Assembly: GCF_000150275.1 (NCBI RefSeq)
Contig: NW_002060948.1
Span: 5,316,336 to 5,380,335 of the forward strand
DNA length: 64,000 nt
Reading direction: 5' to 3'
DNA from: Trichoplax adhaerens
Lineage: Eukaryota > Animalia > Placozoa
How positions within the stretch are numbered: position 1 is the stretch's first letter; each line of letters begins with the position of its first letter. The translations under genes and the position numbers were made by a program. Below the pieces are notes generated by a model. It worked only from the letters and a program-made list of their open reading frames with translations. It was not told the origin of the DNA and did not search any database. This document shows positions 39,222-55,800 of this stretch, piece after piece.

Positions 39222-42200
39222 ATGGCTGACGATCAAGACTCACCCCATGTCCAAGATAATGAAGAAACTTATTTGGACGAAGAAGAAGATGTACGAAATA
39301 CAAGACTGTACTATTAAAATATTACTATCAGCATATTTGTATAGTACAATATAGCTACTCTAACTCTAGATTTAACCCTAGTCTGAGCTCTTTTCTATAT
39401 TAATTTTCTCGTAGTATTTATTTTACGATTGAAAATAAATTAGCAAGGCTTTCTTCACGAACTAGCTACATTTAACGCGTTTCATAATACTACTACGCAC
39501 ATTATTCGTGTATTTAGAATCTAGGATAAGCTGAACAATTATCATATTAACGATTGTAAATTATTCTACTCTAGCTACACTATAAGTAGAAAATAGGACG
39601 CTAATTTATTTTAAGGGTATTGTTAGATAGGTTATGTCATTTTGCATAGAATTTCACTCTTCATTGAACACTTTTATTATCACGTAAATAACTTCAATTC
39701 CATTTATTTTAACTTGCGCCTACTTCATTTGCTGATTATGGGCATTTTAACCACTAGGCAAATAAGCCAACAAGTAAGTAAATAAGACAGACTATACATT
39801 AAACTATTGAAATTTTCTTGATTTAAATTACCGAGTTAATATCTTTATTAGTTATCTATAAATTGGAGGAGGTACCTTCCATACTTGTTACTATTGGGCT
39901 CGGTTTGCAGGTGAGCAAAGCAGCAGTATAGTTTGAATATGATATGAAAGATGGCAATTAGATTTGTTTGTTATACATATATGTAATCAATGCTCAACAT
40001 TCGTACGATATATTCATTCAATCTCAATTTGATTTTTTTACAATTTAGCATTACTTAACCATGTTTGGCTCCACTGTTTCAATTCCATTCGTTTTGGCTG
40101 CGCCTCTGTGTATTGGAAATAATCCTCTGGCAATTAGTGATTTGATCTCTACAATTTTTTTCGTTTCCGGGATTAGCACTCTCTTACAATCGGTATTTGG
40201 TATCAGGTAAAACTTTAGCCTATTGCTATTTGCGTTATCAATTTGTTAGCGAGTGTTATCGTAGTTTGATATAGCTTCGACGTTATAACCGCATACAAGC
40301 CCAAACAGCTCAATTAGTAGCTAGTATTGCAATTCTTACTGAGTCTAATTTAATATTGATAATCCTAGTACGAAGAGGTTGATTGAGAATGACATCATGG
40401 TGAAAATTATATCTATATGTTAGAAATTTGAAATATTAATTATTCACCTGTATCCTCACACCTAGATTGCCAATTGTCCAAGGAGGAACTTTTGCTTTAG
40501 TAACTCCAACCATTGCCATAATGAGCCTTGATAAATGGAAATTATCATGTAGTCCTAATGTGGTTCCATTTGACAGTAAGTTAGCCATGGTATCTTTACA
40601 GCTAAGACAGCTAAATTAAATCGGATACCTACACGTAATATGACTATTTGGCGGTCTCAATACAACTATCACCCTTTTACAATAAATTTACATATAAGAT
40701 ATTGACTATTACGACGAGAGTATTAAAAATAATGCATTTCTATGCTGTAGAAGGTTTTATTACCCCTATATCGTATAATAACAAATTATTCTTTAAAATA
40801 ATAGACCTTACCGTAGCACAACAAGCTATTCAAACTGAGATGTGGCAATCAAGGATGAGAGAAGTAAAATAAATTTCTTAAAATTCTGTAATTTTGCAAA
40901 TTGCCAAGTATAGATCAATCGAGTGGTTGTTAGAATAGCCATTTTTTGGATAGCTGGAATAAAGTCAATTTAATATTTTTCTTGCTATATTGAAGTTATC
41001 TTATACTATAGTGATTGCAATAATATTAGTATGTTGATTAATTACCTACTTTTATTAAACTATAATATGTAGATTCAAGGCTCAATCATAATATCATCAT
41101 TTTTTCAAGTCGTAATTGGTTTTACTGGATTAATGGGCTTGTGCTTGAGATTTATTGGACCTTTGACTATAGCTCCAACTATCGCTTTAGTTGGGCTAGC
41201 TTTAATCGACGCTGCAAAATTTTATGCATGTAGGGTTGCATTAATCGTTGATTGTTGCTTATTATTGATGATCAGTTTTCGTCTTAATCACATCATTATG
41301 GGCTGATTTGTTACCTGATCAGATTTATATATTTTGGATTACGGCCTTAAAATCAATCGGTTAATTTTTAGTAGTCAGTATTCGCTACAAGATCATAATG
41401 GAATTAAAACATATGGAATAAAATTGACTGCTAAGAATTTTGTTTAAGCCATTTTTTTTTACTTTCTTCCTTCTTCTTCAGCCTCACACTGGGGTATGGC
41501 GATTTTGTAAGTTAAAATAGCAAATATACGTATAAAAAAATTAACGTCATTAAAGCTAGAATTTTTCAATTTATTTTAAATGCCCGCATATTGCAATTTA
41601 TAACCAATTCCTGCTACTTCATGAATATTAAAAATGATATTTTATTCACGTTATAGGACGATTACTTTGATTGTTCTATTCTCGCAATATTTGGAGAGAT
41701 TTGCAATTCCACTCCCGGTCTACAACAAAGAAAAGAAATGCCACATTGGATGGATTCATGTATTCCGACTATTTCCTGTAAGTAGATAATCACTATTGGC
41801 GGTATTTACAGTGCTAGAACTTAATTGATTACTGCTATCATGACATTATTGAGCTTTATACGCTAATTTACATTGCAGGATTGTGATTATTGTACCCTAA
41901 TTTTAACCTGTTTAATATCTATATCATTAATACATAATGTAGTCTATTTAGAAATATTTCTTTAATCGTCCTAGTGTAAATTACGTTTTTTATCTACGTA
42001 AACTGACTGTGCAGTTTTTCTTTTTACTACTGTAGTCATTAGTATAGTAACTCGCATGTTACTGCTGAGTGGCAATGTGAGCCGGATAAGTTAAAGAATG
42101 ATATTGTAAACGGGTACTGTTAACGCTCTCATTTCTTTTTCAATTTATGATATATGCATAGGTATTGCTTGCGATCATTGTTGCTTGGTGCATTTCAGCC

Positions 42201-43683
42201 ATTATTACAGCTGCCGGTGGGTTTCCTGATGATCAAAATGCACCTGCCTACAGGGCAAGAACAGATGCGAGAGGATCAGTTTTAATAAATTCTCCCTGGA
42301 TTCGTTTTCCTTATCCGTGTAAGTTTGGCTTATTGATTAAAAGACTGAACTTTTCAAATTTTATCCCTCTATTTTTGCTTTAACAGTATACAGATTTAAC
42401 CTGCCAGGGTTAATACTCTTAAGTATCCATAAATATTGCATACAGAATAGATTTGATGATAAAATAGATTGTCGGAACTATAAATTAACCCATTTTGATT
42501 ATTTAATAATTAATTGTTTAATCTTCAGTTCAATGGGGGCTACCTACTGTATCTGTTGCTGGGGTATTTGGAATGCTTGCTGGTGTTTTAGCTTCCATGA
42601 TTGAATCACTAGGTGATTATTATGCATGTGCTAGGCTTGCTGGTACTCGACCGCCGCCACAGCATGCTGTAAACCGTGGCATCGCCATCGAAGGCATAGG
42701 TAGTATCTTAGCTGGTATGATCGGGTCGGGAAATGGAACAACTTCTTACAGTGAAAATGTCGGCGCTATCGGTATTACTAAGGTAAAGCATCCCTAAGAA
42801 AGCTGCAGTAATTGAGCTGTTTACAGTAAAAAAAAACACACACGAAGGATCTTGTTATCATTTCCAGCTATATTACAAAAACAATGTAACCAGCCACTAC
42901 TTATTTAGAGACTAATCAGCTTGAGAAATACGTTTACTCGTATAACTATATTTTAATTAGAAACAAACAATCTTATAGAAAGTGAGAGAATATGACGTAG
43001 CCTTGTTTCTCATCCAACAATAAATTATATCAATATCATCACTCAATTTATAGGTAGCAAGTCGCGCTGTTGTTCAATGTGGAGCTATCTTGATGATTAT
43101 ATTGGGTATTTTGAGCAAATTTGGAGCATTATTTTCAACTATTCCAGATCCTGTTATTGGCGGTGTATTTATTGTCATGTTTGGCATGATCACTGCGGTT
43201 GGATTGTCCAATTTACAGTTTTGCAATATGAATTCTTCTCGCAATATCTTCATTACCGGTTTTTCGATCATCTTCGGCTTGGTCTTTCCAAGTTGGCTTG
43301 CAACGGGCAATAATGCCGAATCTATTGATACTACCGTTCCAGAATTAAATCAAATCATTGTCGTTTTACTTAGCACCAGTATGGCCGTGGGTGGAATATT
43401 GGCATTTATACTGGATAATACTATACCAGGAACGTTAGAAGAGCGTGGCATGCATGTATGGCTTAAAGAAGCGGGTAGTAATTCTGCCCGCGATAAACGT
43501 ATCCAAGCAGAAATACGCAGGGTGTACGATCTGCCATTTGGTTTAACTAAATTTTTTCATAAGGCTTCTTGCACAAGATATTTACCATTTTGTCCTCCTC
43601 GCCATGAAGATGATGATGTTCATGTTGCAGTTGGCAAAAATGCCGACATGGAAGCGGGAGCAGTTGGTGATGATCAATTGTAA
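39222..43683 (+). CDS. SLC23/NAT nucleobase transporter, paralog 5 (12 exons, about 604 aa; most divergent)
   Basis: Exons 39222-39290, 39758-39773, 39852-39910, 40049-40206, 40466-40575, 40805-40863, 41073-41229, 41482-41506, 41657-41777, 42162-42318, 42529-42782, 43054-43683. Motifs: [24 protein letters not shown]. Confidence 0.92.
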
Positions 43684-45881
43684 CTGAGCGATAGACTGTT
43701 TATGGTTAGTGATTTGAAAATAGAAGCCTGTAGTAGACATTATTATTTGAATGCAAGAAAGAAAAGAACAGTTCTAAAAGTATGATGTTTCCTTTACATT
43801 TATAATACTTTAGGATTATAGACACCATACAATAATACATAAAAATGAAAGTATTGATTTATAACCGTCCGTGTTAACAAATTAATTTGAATTCCAGTTG
43901 ACATCCTATTAGACTTGGCTAATGAATTTAAATTTTGTCGGAATACAGTTAGGACAACTCAGAGTGTCAATGTTCAATTCCTCTACATCAAACCGATAAA
44001 ATGATAATTTTATTATGAATTTCTTTAATTTATTACTTGTAGTTAACTGATATTTGGAGGTCAAATGATGTCATGTTTATTAATACGAATAGTAGTTAAT
44101 GATCATGTGTTATTGAGCTCTGGTGGATATGCCTTTCACATTCATCAAGTGTGTTTCTTGCTATATATTGAATAAAATAAAGTTATTGAATGAACATCCT
44201 CATTCTAATGCCTACCAAGCACCAGTAATGTCCAGTAGTAAAGAGTCGAATGAATAAGTTTTGAGCCATTTCAGTTTTAATAGATAGCCTATTTTATAAG
44301 GGATTTTTCAGTGATTTTATATACTTTTATATCAATAGTGATGTTATAGCCCTTTTATTTTAGTCTTGGAAGTAATTTTGGTAGTATAAAATCAAGTAGT
44401 ACCCCGGTCGATCATCAGATCGACCATAATTGTCTTTTATGTATCCTTGCTATTAGCAAGAGTGGATAGGGATCTTAAGACATGGCGCTTTAGAATGTAG
44501 TGGAAGTAGTTTTTGTTAACTGGCTTACGTTGGGCTGTTGGAGCCAAAATGCGCCAGTCCAAACTGAAGATTCAGTTGAAGATGATATTGTAGTGGAATA
44601 CAGCTAGCTTAGCTACGGGCTAACCTAGAAAGAGTGTTTATGGTTGTTCAATATCCATGGTTGTAGTGAGCATGCTATAAAATGGTCTTTCAGAGATCAG
44701 CAAGCTAAACCCATACTACTTCAGGTAGAGAGGCAAGAAGTAGAACGATTTTGCACTAGCGTTGTAAGTTCTAAGCTAAGAAATATCGATTTCTGATCTA
44801 CTCCTACTCTTGATATAAGAAAGATTCTCTGCAATCCGAAGACAGAGGTAAGTGAGTATTTGCATTTTTCTTCTCTGACTAATATAAAGTAATCTCAACG
44901 TAGCTCTAGCCCATATAACAACACTTGATCAGAAGCCTACAAGGCGATTTCTTTTTGTTTCTCCAGCCATCTTTATTTCAGCATTATCAATGATCTGTTC
45001 AACACTGTAAGCATGTATTACACTAGGCTACAGTATGCAGGTAGAAGTGCCTGGTCAATGATGATATCGCCTAATGTAATGATTTTGTCACTCATTTCTC
45101 ATCAAGGTGTTCAATTTGCAATTAATTACGTACTGTACACATTTAGCCCGTAACGCCATTTTTAAAAATGACAAAAATGGCGGCGTTGGATCAGTAATTT
45201 GAAAGGGAAATGGACCACTTTGAGCAACTAGAATTCCTTGAGAATTTCTATCACGAGACTGCCACTCCTACTGTATACCGTACTCAGTGTAGTATACTGT
45301 ATACTAAAGCGTGAAGCTGTTGGGAAATATTGAGTTTTAAAATTGATTTTTTAAGCAATTTATATTTTATTCTATCTAAAAATGCCTGCAAATAGTGTCC
45401 TCGAAAAGAAGCAAGTCATTTTTTTTCTGGACAGGACTAATTAAGCCAGCGAGAGAGGGCCACAGACACCGCCATCACTCTCAAGTCATGAGCGATTTCC
45501 GCCATAGACCGCGATGCGCACGCTCAGTAATGAGCAATTTCCGCCATAGACCATGATGCGCATCTACAGTAGTACCGTAGTCCGCGGTACAGTACAGTAC
45601 TGTACAGTATTTGTTTAACCAGCGAGGCATTTACGTTACAGTACGTTGTACTGTAAAATGGAACAAGTGGTACTGTACATTTCTCTTCAAAGTCCCTTCT
45701 TTTTTCCAGTAGTCTATGGTACACTGTACTAACTGGCTATGGTGGATCAGGCCTGGGATAATGCGAAATTAAAAAATTGTTAGTAATTAATCGTAATTCG
45801 TAATGGAATTCAATATCTTGTAGTCGGTGATCACTTGCGTGGACCACTAGGACCTTCTTGTGGTCGATGTCACTGGCCAGT

Positions 45882-45947
45882 CAGGAAACGAGACAGGGGG
45901 GTTGGGTGACCCAAATCGGCCACCCCACCCCCTTAACTCCTTTCCTG
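45882..45947. other. GC-rich imperfect hairpin
   Basis: caggaaacgagacaggggggttgggtgacc-caaatc-ggccaccccacccccttaactcctttcctg can form an approximately 28-30-bp stem with a few mismatches. Confidence 0.7.
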
Positions 45948-48150
45948 GCGTTATAGACCACCGTATGACAACAGTAGATTTCCATACAGCACCTACATGC
46001 CTACTACTATTCTGAGTATTTGGCAGTCTATGACGCTACCGTAAATCTAGCAGTCGAATGGAAAACAATCCATTTTTCGAAAATATCTGCAATCTACCTC
46101 AATTTTTATACTACGCTAAACCAAAAGGATGATCAGTAGGACCACAATATTGGAAAGGCATCTACACGATTTGAGCATGGTGTAGGTATGCAGTGCACCT
46201 CAAGCAAAAATAATGTCACTCTACGTGCTTAAAGTGCCACATCGATACATTACAAAATTGCCACCACCTGTGACATCCCTTTTCGTGCATGCGGGATCGC
46301 TACAAGCAGTACAAAGTCCAGCGTACCCTACCCTACAGTACGCTGCACTGTACACTGTAAAATCAAAGGACTGCAAGCTGGCACTGCTCCGGTTCGAGCT
46401 ACCTTGGACCCAGGGACCAACGCCAACTAATAATCATCTGCTTCGAGCTGGAAGAGAAGCGGATTGCCATTGCTGTTCGGTAGCATTGATCTTCATCGAA
46501 TTCATTTTTAGGCAGCTAGTAAATAGAATTGAAAGAACATCATGTTGTCTGCAAGGCACATCGTCTCTCGTTATTTACCCAGGTGAGACTATACAACGGA
46601 TAGATTAAGATAGACTAGCATCATATTAATCAATATCTACAAGTCAAAAGGACAATGTTGGCCATCCTGTGCAACTTGTTTCATTTAATCATCAGTAACA
46701 TGCTCGCTGACTGTCTTCCAAATATCAACATGATCTACAGAATAGAGGCAATATGTTCATGCAAGGAGATGCTGCATATTATGATACAAGAAAATACCTC
46801 TTACTACAGTAGTTTGAATGGATGGATGCCTGCTAAAATGCAATTGAAATCGTTTCTATGTCATGATTGAGTATAGTAGACCCGTGAGTATACCTCACGA
46901 GCAATGATACCAACAGATGCTCATGGATCCAATTATATTCCATTCAGCAACTACAAAAATCGTACCTATCAAGGCTTATTTTACTCCTGACTTTTTGTAG
47001 TGGGTCCAATCTGAAAAGCCAATCTTTTATCGGTACATATGTAGCTGACAATAAGATCAATGCAGCTTACTGTTTTTTATACCCGCAAACAATTCATGAA
47101 AGTGAAATGCTGAATCAATCCGTAGAATTAGAATAAAGTAATTTAGCGTGAACAGGTCAAAAATAGAGTATTCAAATAAACTTACAAACCATTTTAAGCC
47201 GGTAGACGCATTCATGTTATAACTTAAGCGTATGAGTTGATCTACTTGTAACTCACATAGCCAAAGAAATAGAGTACTGTGCTGTGTTGTAGCGAATGCT
47301 AATGATCAAATCGTTTTACCATTGTACTGTACGTTCAGATATCTTCCGTCTGCTTCCGTGAACTATCGACATGATCTTGAATACAGCAATATCCATTGAG
47401 GCTGTTATGGCTAAAATGCACTATGGATAGATAGAAACTAGATCGGCGGTACAATGCCCAGTCAAATTGCCTTTAATGCTATTGATTCTCTGCAAAATTA
47501 CGAATCCTTAGTATGCTTCTTTTTTTGAAAGTTTGAATTTTGAACAATACTCTATTTTGGTAGAGGATATTTCAACCTTCTCATAGAACAATTATAACGA
47601 TGAACCATGTATCCATGATTATCATTGCCATAAACATCGAGCATTGCTCTCATACTACCTTGACAGTAATATTAATCGAACAATACATGACGGAGATTTT
47701 ATCATTGTGGAAACTATCAACCCGCAAACAAGTGTGCGCCAAGAATAAGTTTCTTTAAATTGGCAAAACTTCGCAAATTTTGCTCTTGCTTGCTTAGTAC
47801 TGCAGAGTTTACAACATTATCGTCGATTGACATTCTACACTCTAGTTACCAGCCTAGCTCATTCATATCTGTAGTTTCTATTTTTAATTACTCGTATCTT
47901 AGAAATAATCTCCTTTCCTGCAGTAATTACAAGCGCTATATCCGTAGATATGCTAACATGTATTGTAGAGAACTGAAGCAATAGGAGTGAGTATATTTCA
48001 GTTTCATCAAAGTCCCAATGCTGATGCAATAGCTAGAGTAAACATAGCATTTGCATATAGAAACTGCAAATATGTAGATATTTGAAATACACGTCATATT
48101 GATCATTTAATTAGACTGTATGTAAATTGGTATTTATCACAATCGCCTAG

Positions 48151-52023
<3,873 letters not shown>

Positions 52024-52870
52024 GAGCTGCGTGTCTAGGCCGATAACATACTATCAACGCAGTGGTGATGCGATTAGAGCAATTCGTTTGGCTTACGTAT
52101 TCGTTCTTTAAAATTTTAGAATAATGGTAATGGTAATAGCATAAATACGAGTTACTTTTTATTCCATTAACTTCGATATAAATTCACTTGAAACCATCAG
52201 TTACTAAAGCTAATAAACTACATAGACTGATTTCTTAAAAATCACAATTAGCCAGGTAAGTTTAGTGCCACACTACATTTCGGTGTGTATGTATGAGGTC
52301 TTTTTAGCTATAATAGATATCGACATATTGTATTGCAATCTCACAAAATATATAATAGATAAGCTTATATTGACCAGCTTTTAAAACCAATTGTACCAAA
52401 TGGAAGATGCATATCTTTCTTGTAAATTAAAATAAAGCTTTCCATTATCAAAATTTTTCTACAAATTTATTATATTATACACGCGACATTAATCTTTTAT
52501 AAGATTTGAAAGCAACTATAAAAGCTTAGCCGAGTGATTTTAAATTCTCGCTTTGTAATGATATTTCAAGAATAGAGTGTACTGTAAAAATTTTAATTAC
52601 ATGATGCACTAATTTCGGTCTGTGCAAACCGCAGTACCCTCTGTAAAAGCCCTCTGCAATGACTGACCTTGCGCGTAACTAAGTTAACTGATAGATCTCC
52701 TTTTTTGGATAGTGCAGCTCTAAGACATAATGAATTGGTCTTTAGGACAGAAAATTCGACAAAACCCTTTATCATGTATTAAATTTTAGAAAGGTAGTCA
52801 TGCAACATAAGTACAAAATATATTCAGAAATTCTTTTTGCGTAACTGAGCATAAGTGCATGATGATGCCG

Positions 52871-55800
52871 TTACTCTTGTCCTTGTATTCGGTGAGCTGA
52901 AAGTAAATATACCAAAAATTAGCGATAGTCAGCTAGAAGTTCACCCAAAAGTATGTCACCGTACTGACAATAAACTGTATTTACATTGCTTTGGGACGCG
53001 TAAAGCTTCTTTTTCATTGATAGTAACTTCATGAGATATTAGACGAAATTCATATTCGATTCGCAACATCTTCTCTTCACCAGGGCATGGGTCGTAAAAG
53101 CCTAATATCTCGTTCTAAGAGTAGTTAAATATTACGTTATCCTATTTTATAGCCGATAATATGCTTAAACTTTACTGCTAAATCAATATTCACCTTTTCT
53201 CCTTCTGGGATTATTAAGCGAGAATCTTTCACTTGACATTGCAGCGGAATCGTTACATCAATAATTTTATTTATGTCTTCTCGAGAGCTAGATAAAAGCT
53301 TCCCAAACCAAGCTCTTACAATTATTAAGCCTGCAATAAAAAAGTACCAACCAATGCTGAAAAATCATTACATCAAGATTTACAGATGTGCCTTTACTGT
53401 ATACTTACCACCTTTAGATCTTTCACTGTCTACTGATCTATTATAGCTTTCTTCCATAAGTTTTATAGCCGATTCAGCTTCACGTTTCGCTTTCCGTCTC
53501 GTTTCTGCTCTAGTTTCAGCATTGTATTTGTCTTCTTCTCGCTTCATTCTCGCTATAAATGGTTTTATGATTAAGGACTGGACTGTCCAATAAGTTAACA
53601 ATGGAACAACTGTTGCGTAAAAGACAATAGTTCGATCGACTTCTTCAGAGAGATATATGGGCAACTTGTATGTTTGTGTTCCACGCGTAACTCTAATATT
53701 GATAATTGCAAGAGGAAAGTTTTAATTATGAAACAACATCACAATCAGTCCTAGATTCCATGGCATCTTTTCATATCTTAAATTAAGTAACATATGGATA
53801 ATATAAGCGAACAATAAATGTCGTACTTAAGTTTCAACGTAATACCGCGCGGGACGGAAACTGAAACAGCTGCAGAAAGTAAACTGTGTTTCGTTACTTT
53901 GGTTTCAGCTCCATATATTAGAGCCATAGATAATAATCCATATCTAGAAGACAAAGACAAAATACCATAACTAACAAGTTATTATTTGCGAAGGGTTTTA
54001 CTACAGATAACAGACCTAGCTTCAGCAAAAAGTCTCGATTCACTCTGAAAGCGCCTCACATATCTAGCCATAAGGAATGTGTCAGCAAAACCAACCTTAA
54101 ATTAAAAATTTGATATGATCAATATACATTTCTATTCAAACAAGATTAAGAATTAATTGTTATATTGTATTATTGCACTATCGTAAGCATGACAGACGTA
54201 CAATATCAAACACATAGAGTATAAAGAAATATAGTGATGTCTACAACCTGCAAACCAACAACGACTTGATTGGTGCCATCATCGTGCACGACAGTTGTAT
54301 TTATAGATGATTGAATTCCCGCTCTCCATGTTAGGTAGCCAATAGTATGACTGTCTAGTTGTTGTACGAACACTACAGTAGTAAAATTATAATATGTAAT
54401 GCAACTTCGTGATTGATAAAATATACCATGGTAATATCTATTATACAATATCAATTAAGAACATGATAGTATCATCCTTACTTGCAGTTAACCCTGGGCG
54501 AAGGTAACCATTAGTGATTTGTGAGTTCAATTTGACTACTGAGTGACTGAAAAAAATTAAAGAAAAACGCGATATTAATTGAAGCCCTTGAGTTGCTATT
54601 CCATTTAATCATAATGAAACCTTGATAAGTTGAGATCTCATATCATGACTCTATTTGTTACCTGTGTTTACCAATATATCTGCAACCGCCAACATTGAAT
54701 AAAATACCATTTCCGGCTCCTACTTCAACCTAATACATAAATTAAAATATAATGAACCAAATACAAACGATACGCAGATGGTAGCAAACTATAAATCTCT
54801 ACAATCGCTACGTAGTAGAATTACCTCATGCCATCCTGTAGCAATACGATTTCTGAAAGTTAGCAATGCATTGCCTCCTCCAATACCGTTTCGAGATGCC
54901 AACGCTCCGGATAGTGTAACGGTGTTGTTAACCGTAACTGGAAACTAAATGAGAAAAAGAAAGTTCTCTAACCGAGTTTTCATACCTGCCATGAATGAAA
55001 TAGGATACATACATCGATTGCCTGAGATATTTCCATTTCTCGGACTTCGATATTTGGCATTTCCCTAGAAAAAAGGCAGAAGCAAGAGAAGTGGTTTAGC
55101 AAATCAATTAATAGTATGGATTTGTTGTCTTTGAAAGAAGAAACAAGAACATTGATCAAGTAATAAACCTTTCGATTCCATCATAACCGTCATCATAACG
55201 ATTAAATAGATCTGTTGCGTCAATACCAATGGAAAATGTTCCCTAAATAAGATATATATTGATTATCATGCATTTCGTATAGTGGGTTATAAATCACTAT
55301 ATTATTCATGTAAAATTGGCAAAATTCATATCATATCAGATAATGTGACGGCAATTCCTACTTTGGGGTTAGTCCTCTCTTCTAATTTCTGCTTATCTCT
55401 GGTTTCTTTAAGGCGTTCGAAATCTGCGTATATCTGCAATAAAATTTGACTAAATTTTAAAAACTAAAAGCAGCTATTGCTAGTTGTTCACAATTAACAA
55501 GTACCTCCGCAGGTGTTCGTTTTCGTGAGACAACCTATTGTTTAAAGAATGATATGCGTATGTCAGGAATTATTAACTGATACCACGAATTCAGATTTTC
55601 AGTTAAGTATGCATTGGTAAATACTGAGATTGGCAATCACTTAGTAAAATTTGCTTACCTCCCATCCGGCTTCTAGTCCCGCTTCACCGTAAATATCGTA
55701 AATCTGACGCTTGTTAGGATCACTTAGAACTATAGTATTTAAGAAAGCATTTTTTACTGAGTGAAGAATACGTTAGATTTTATGTTTTCCGATTTTATAT

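Noticed and set aside
266-43683. Calling the array vitamin C transporters (SLC23A1/SLC23A2)
   Set aside because: None has the Pro of the SVCT signature (PNIG) or the SAFAF TM3 motif. Orthology cannot be set by eye, so no gene symbol is given.
45846-45947. Helitron 3' end (hairpin plus CTAG on the minus strand)
   Set aside because: The hairpin is much longer than typical and the CTAG is about 30 nt away; not supportable without other copies.
46213-46608. 131-aa ORF as a functional gene
   Set aside because: No recognisable domain. It spans a compositionally distinct block and is better explained as chance or decayed sequence.
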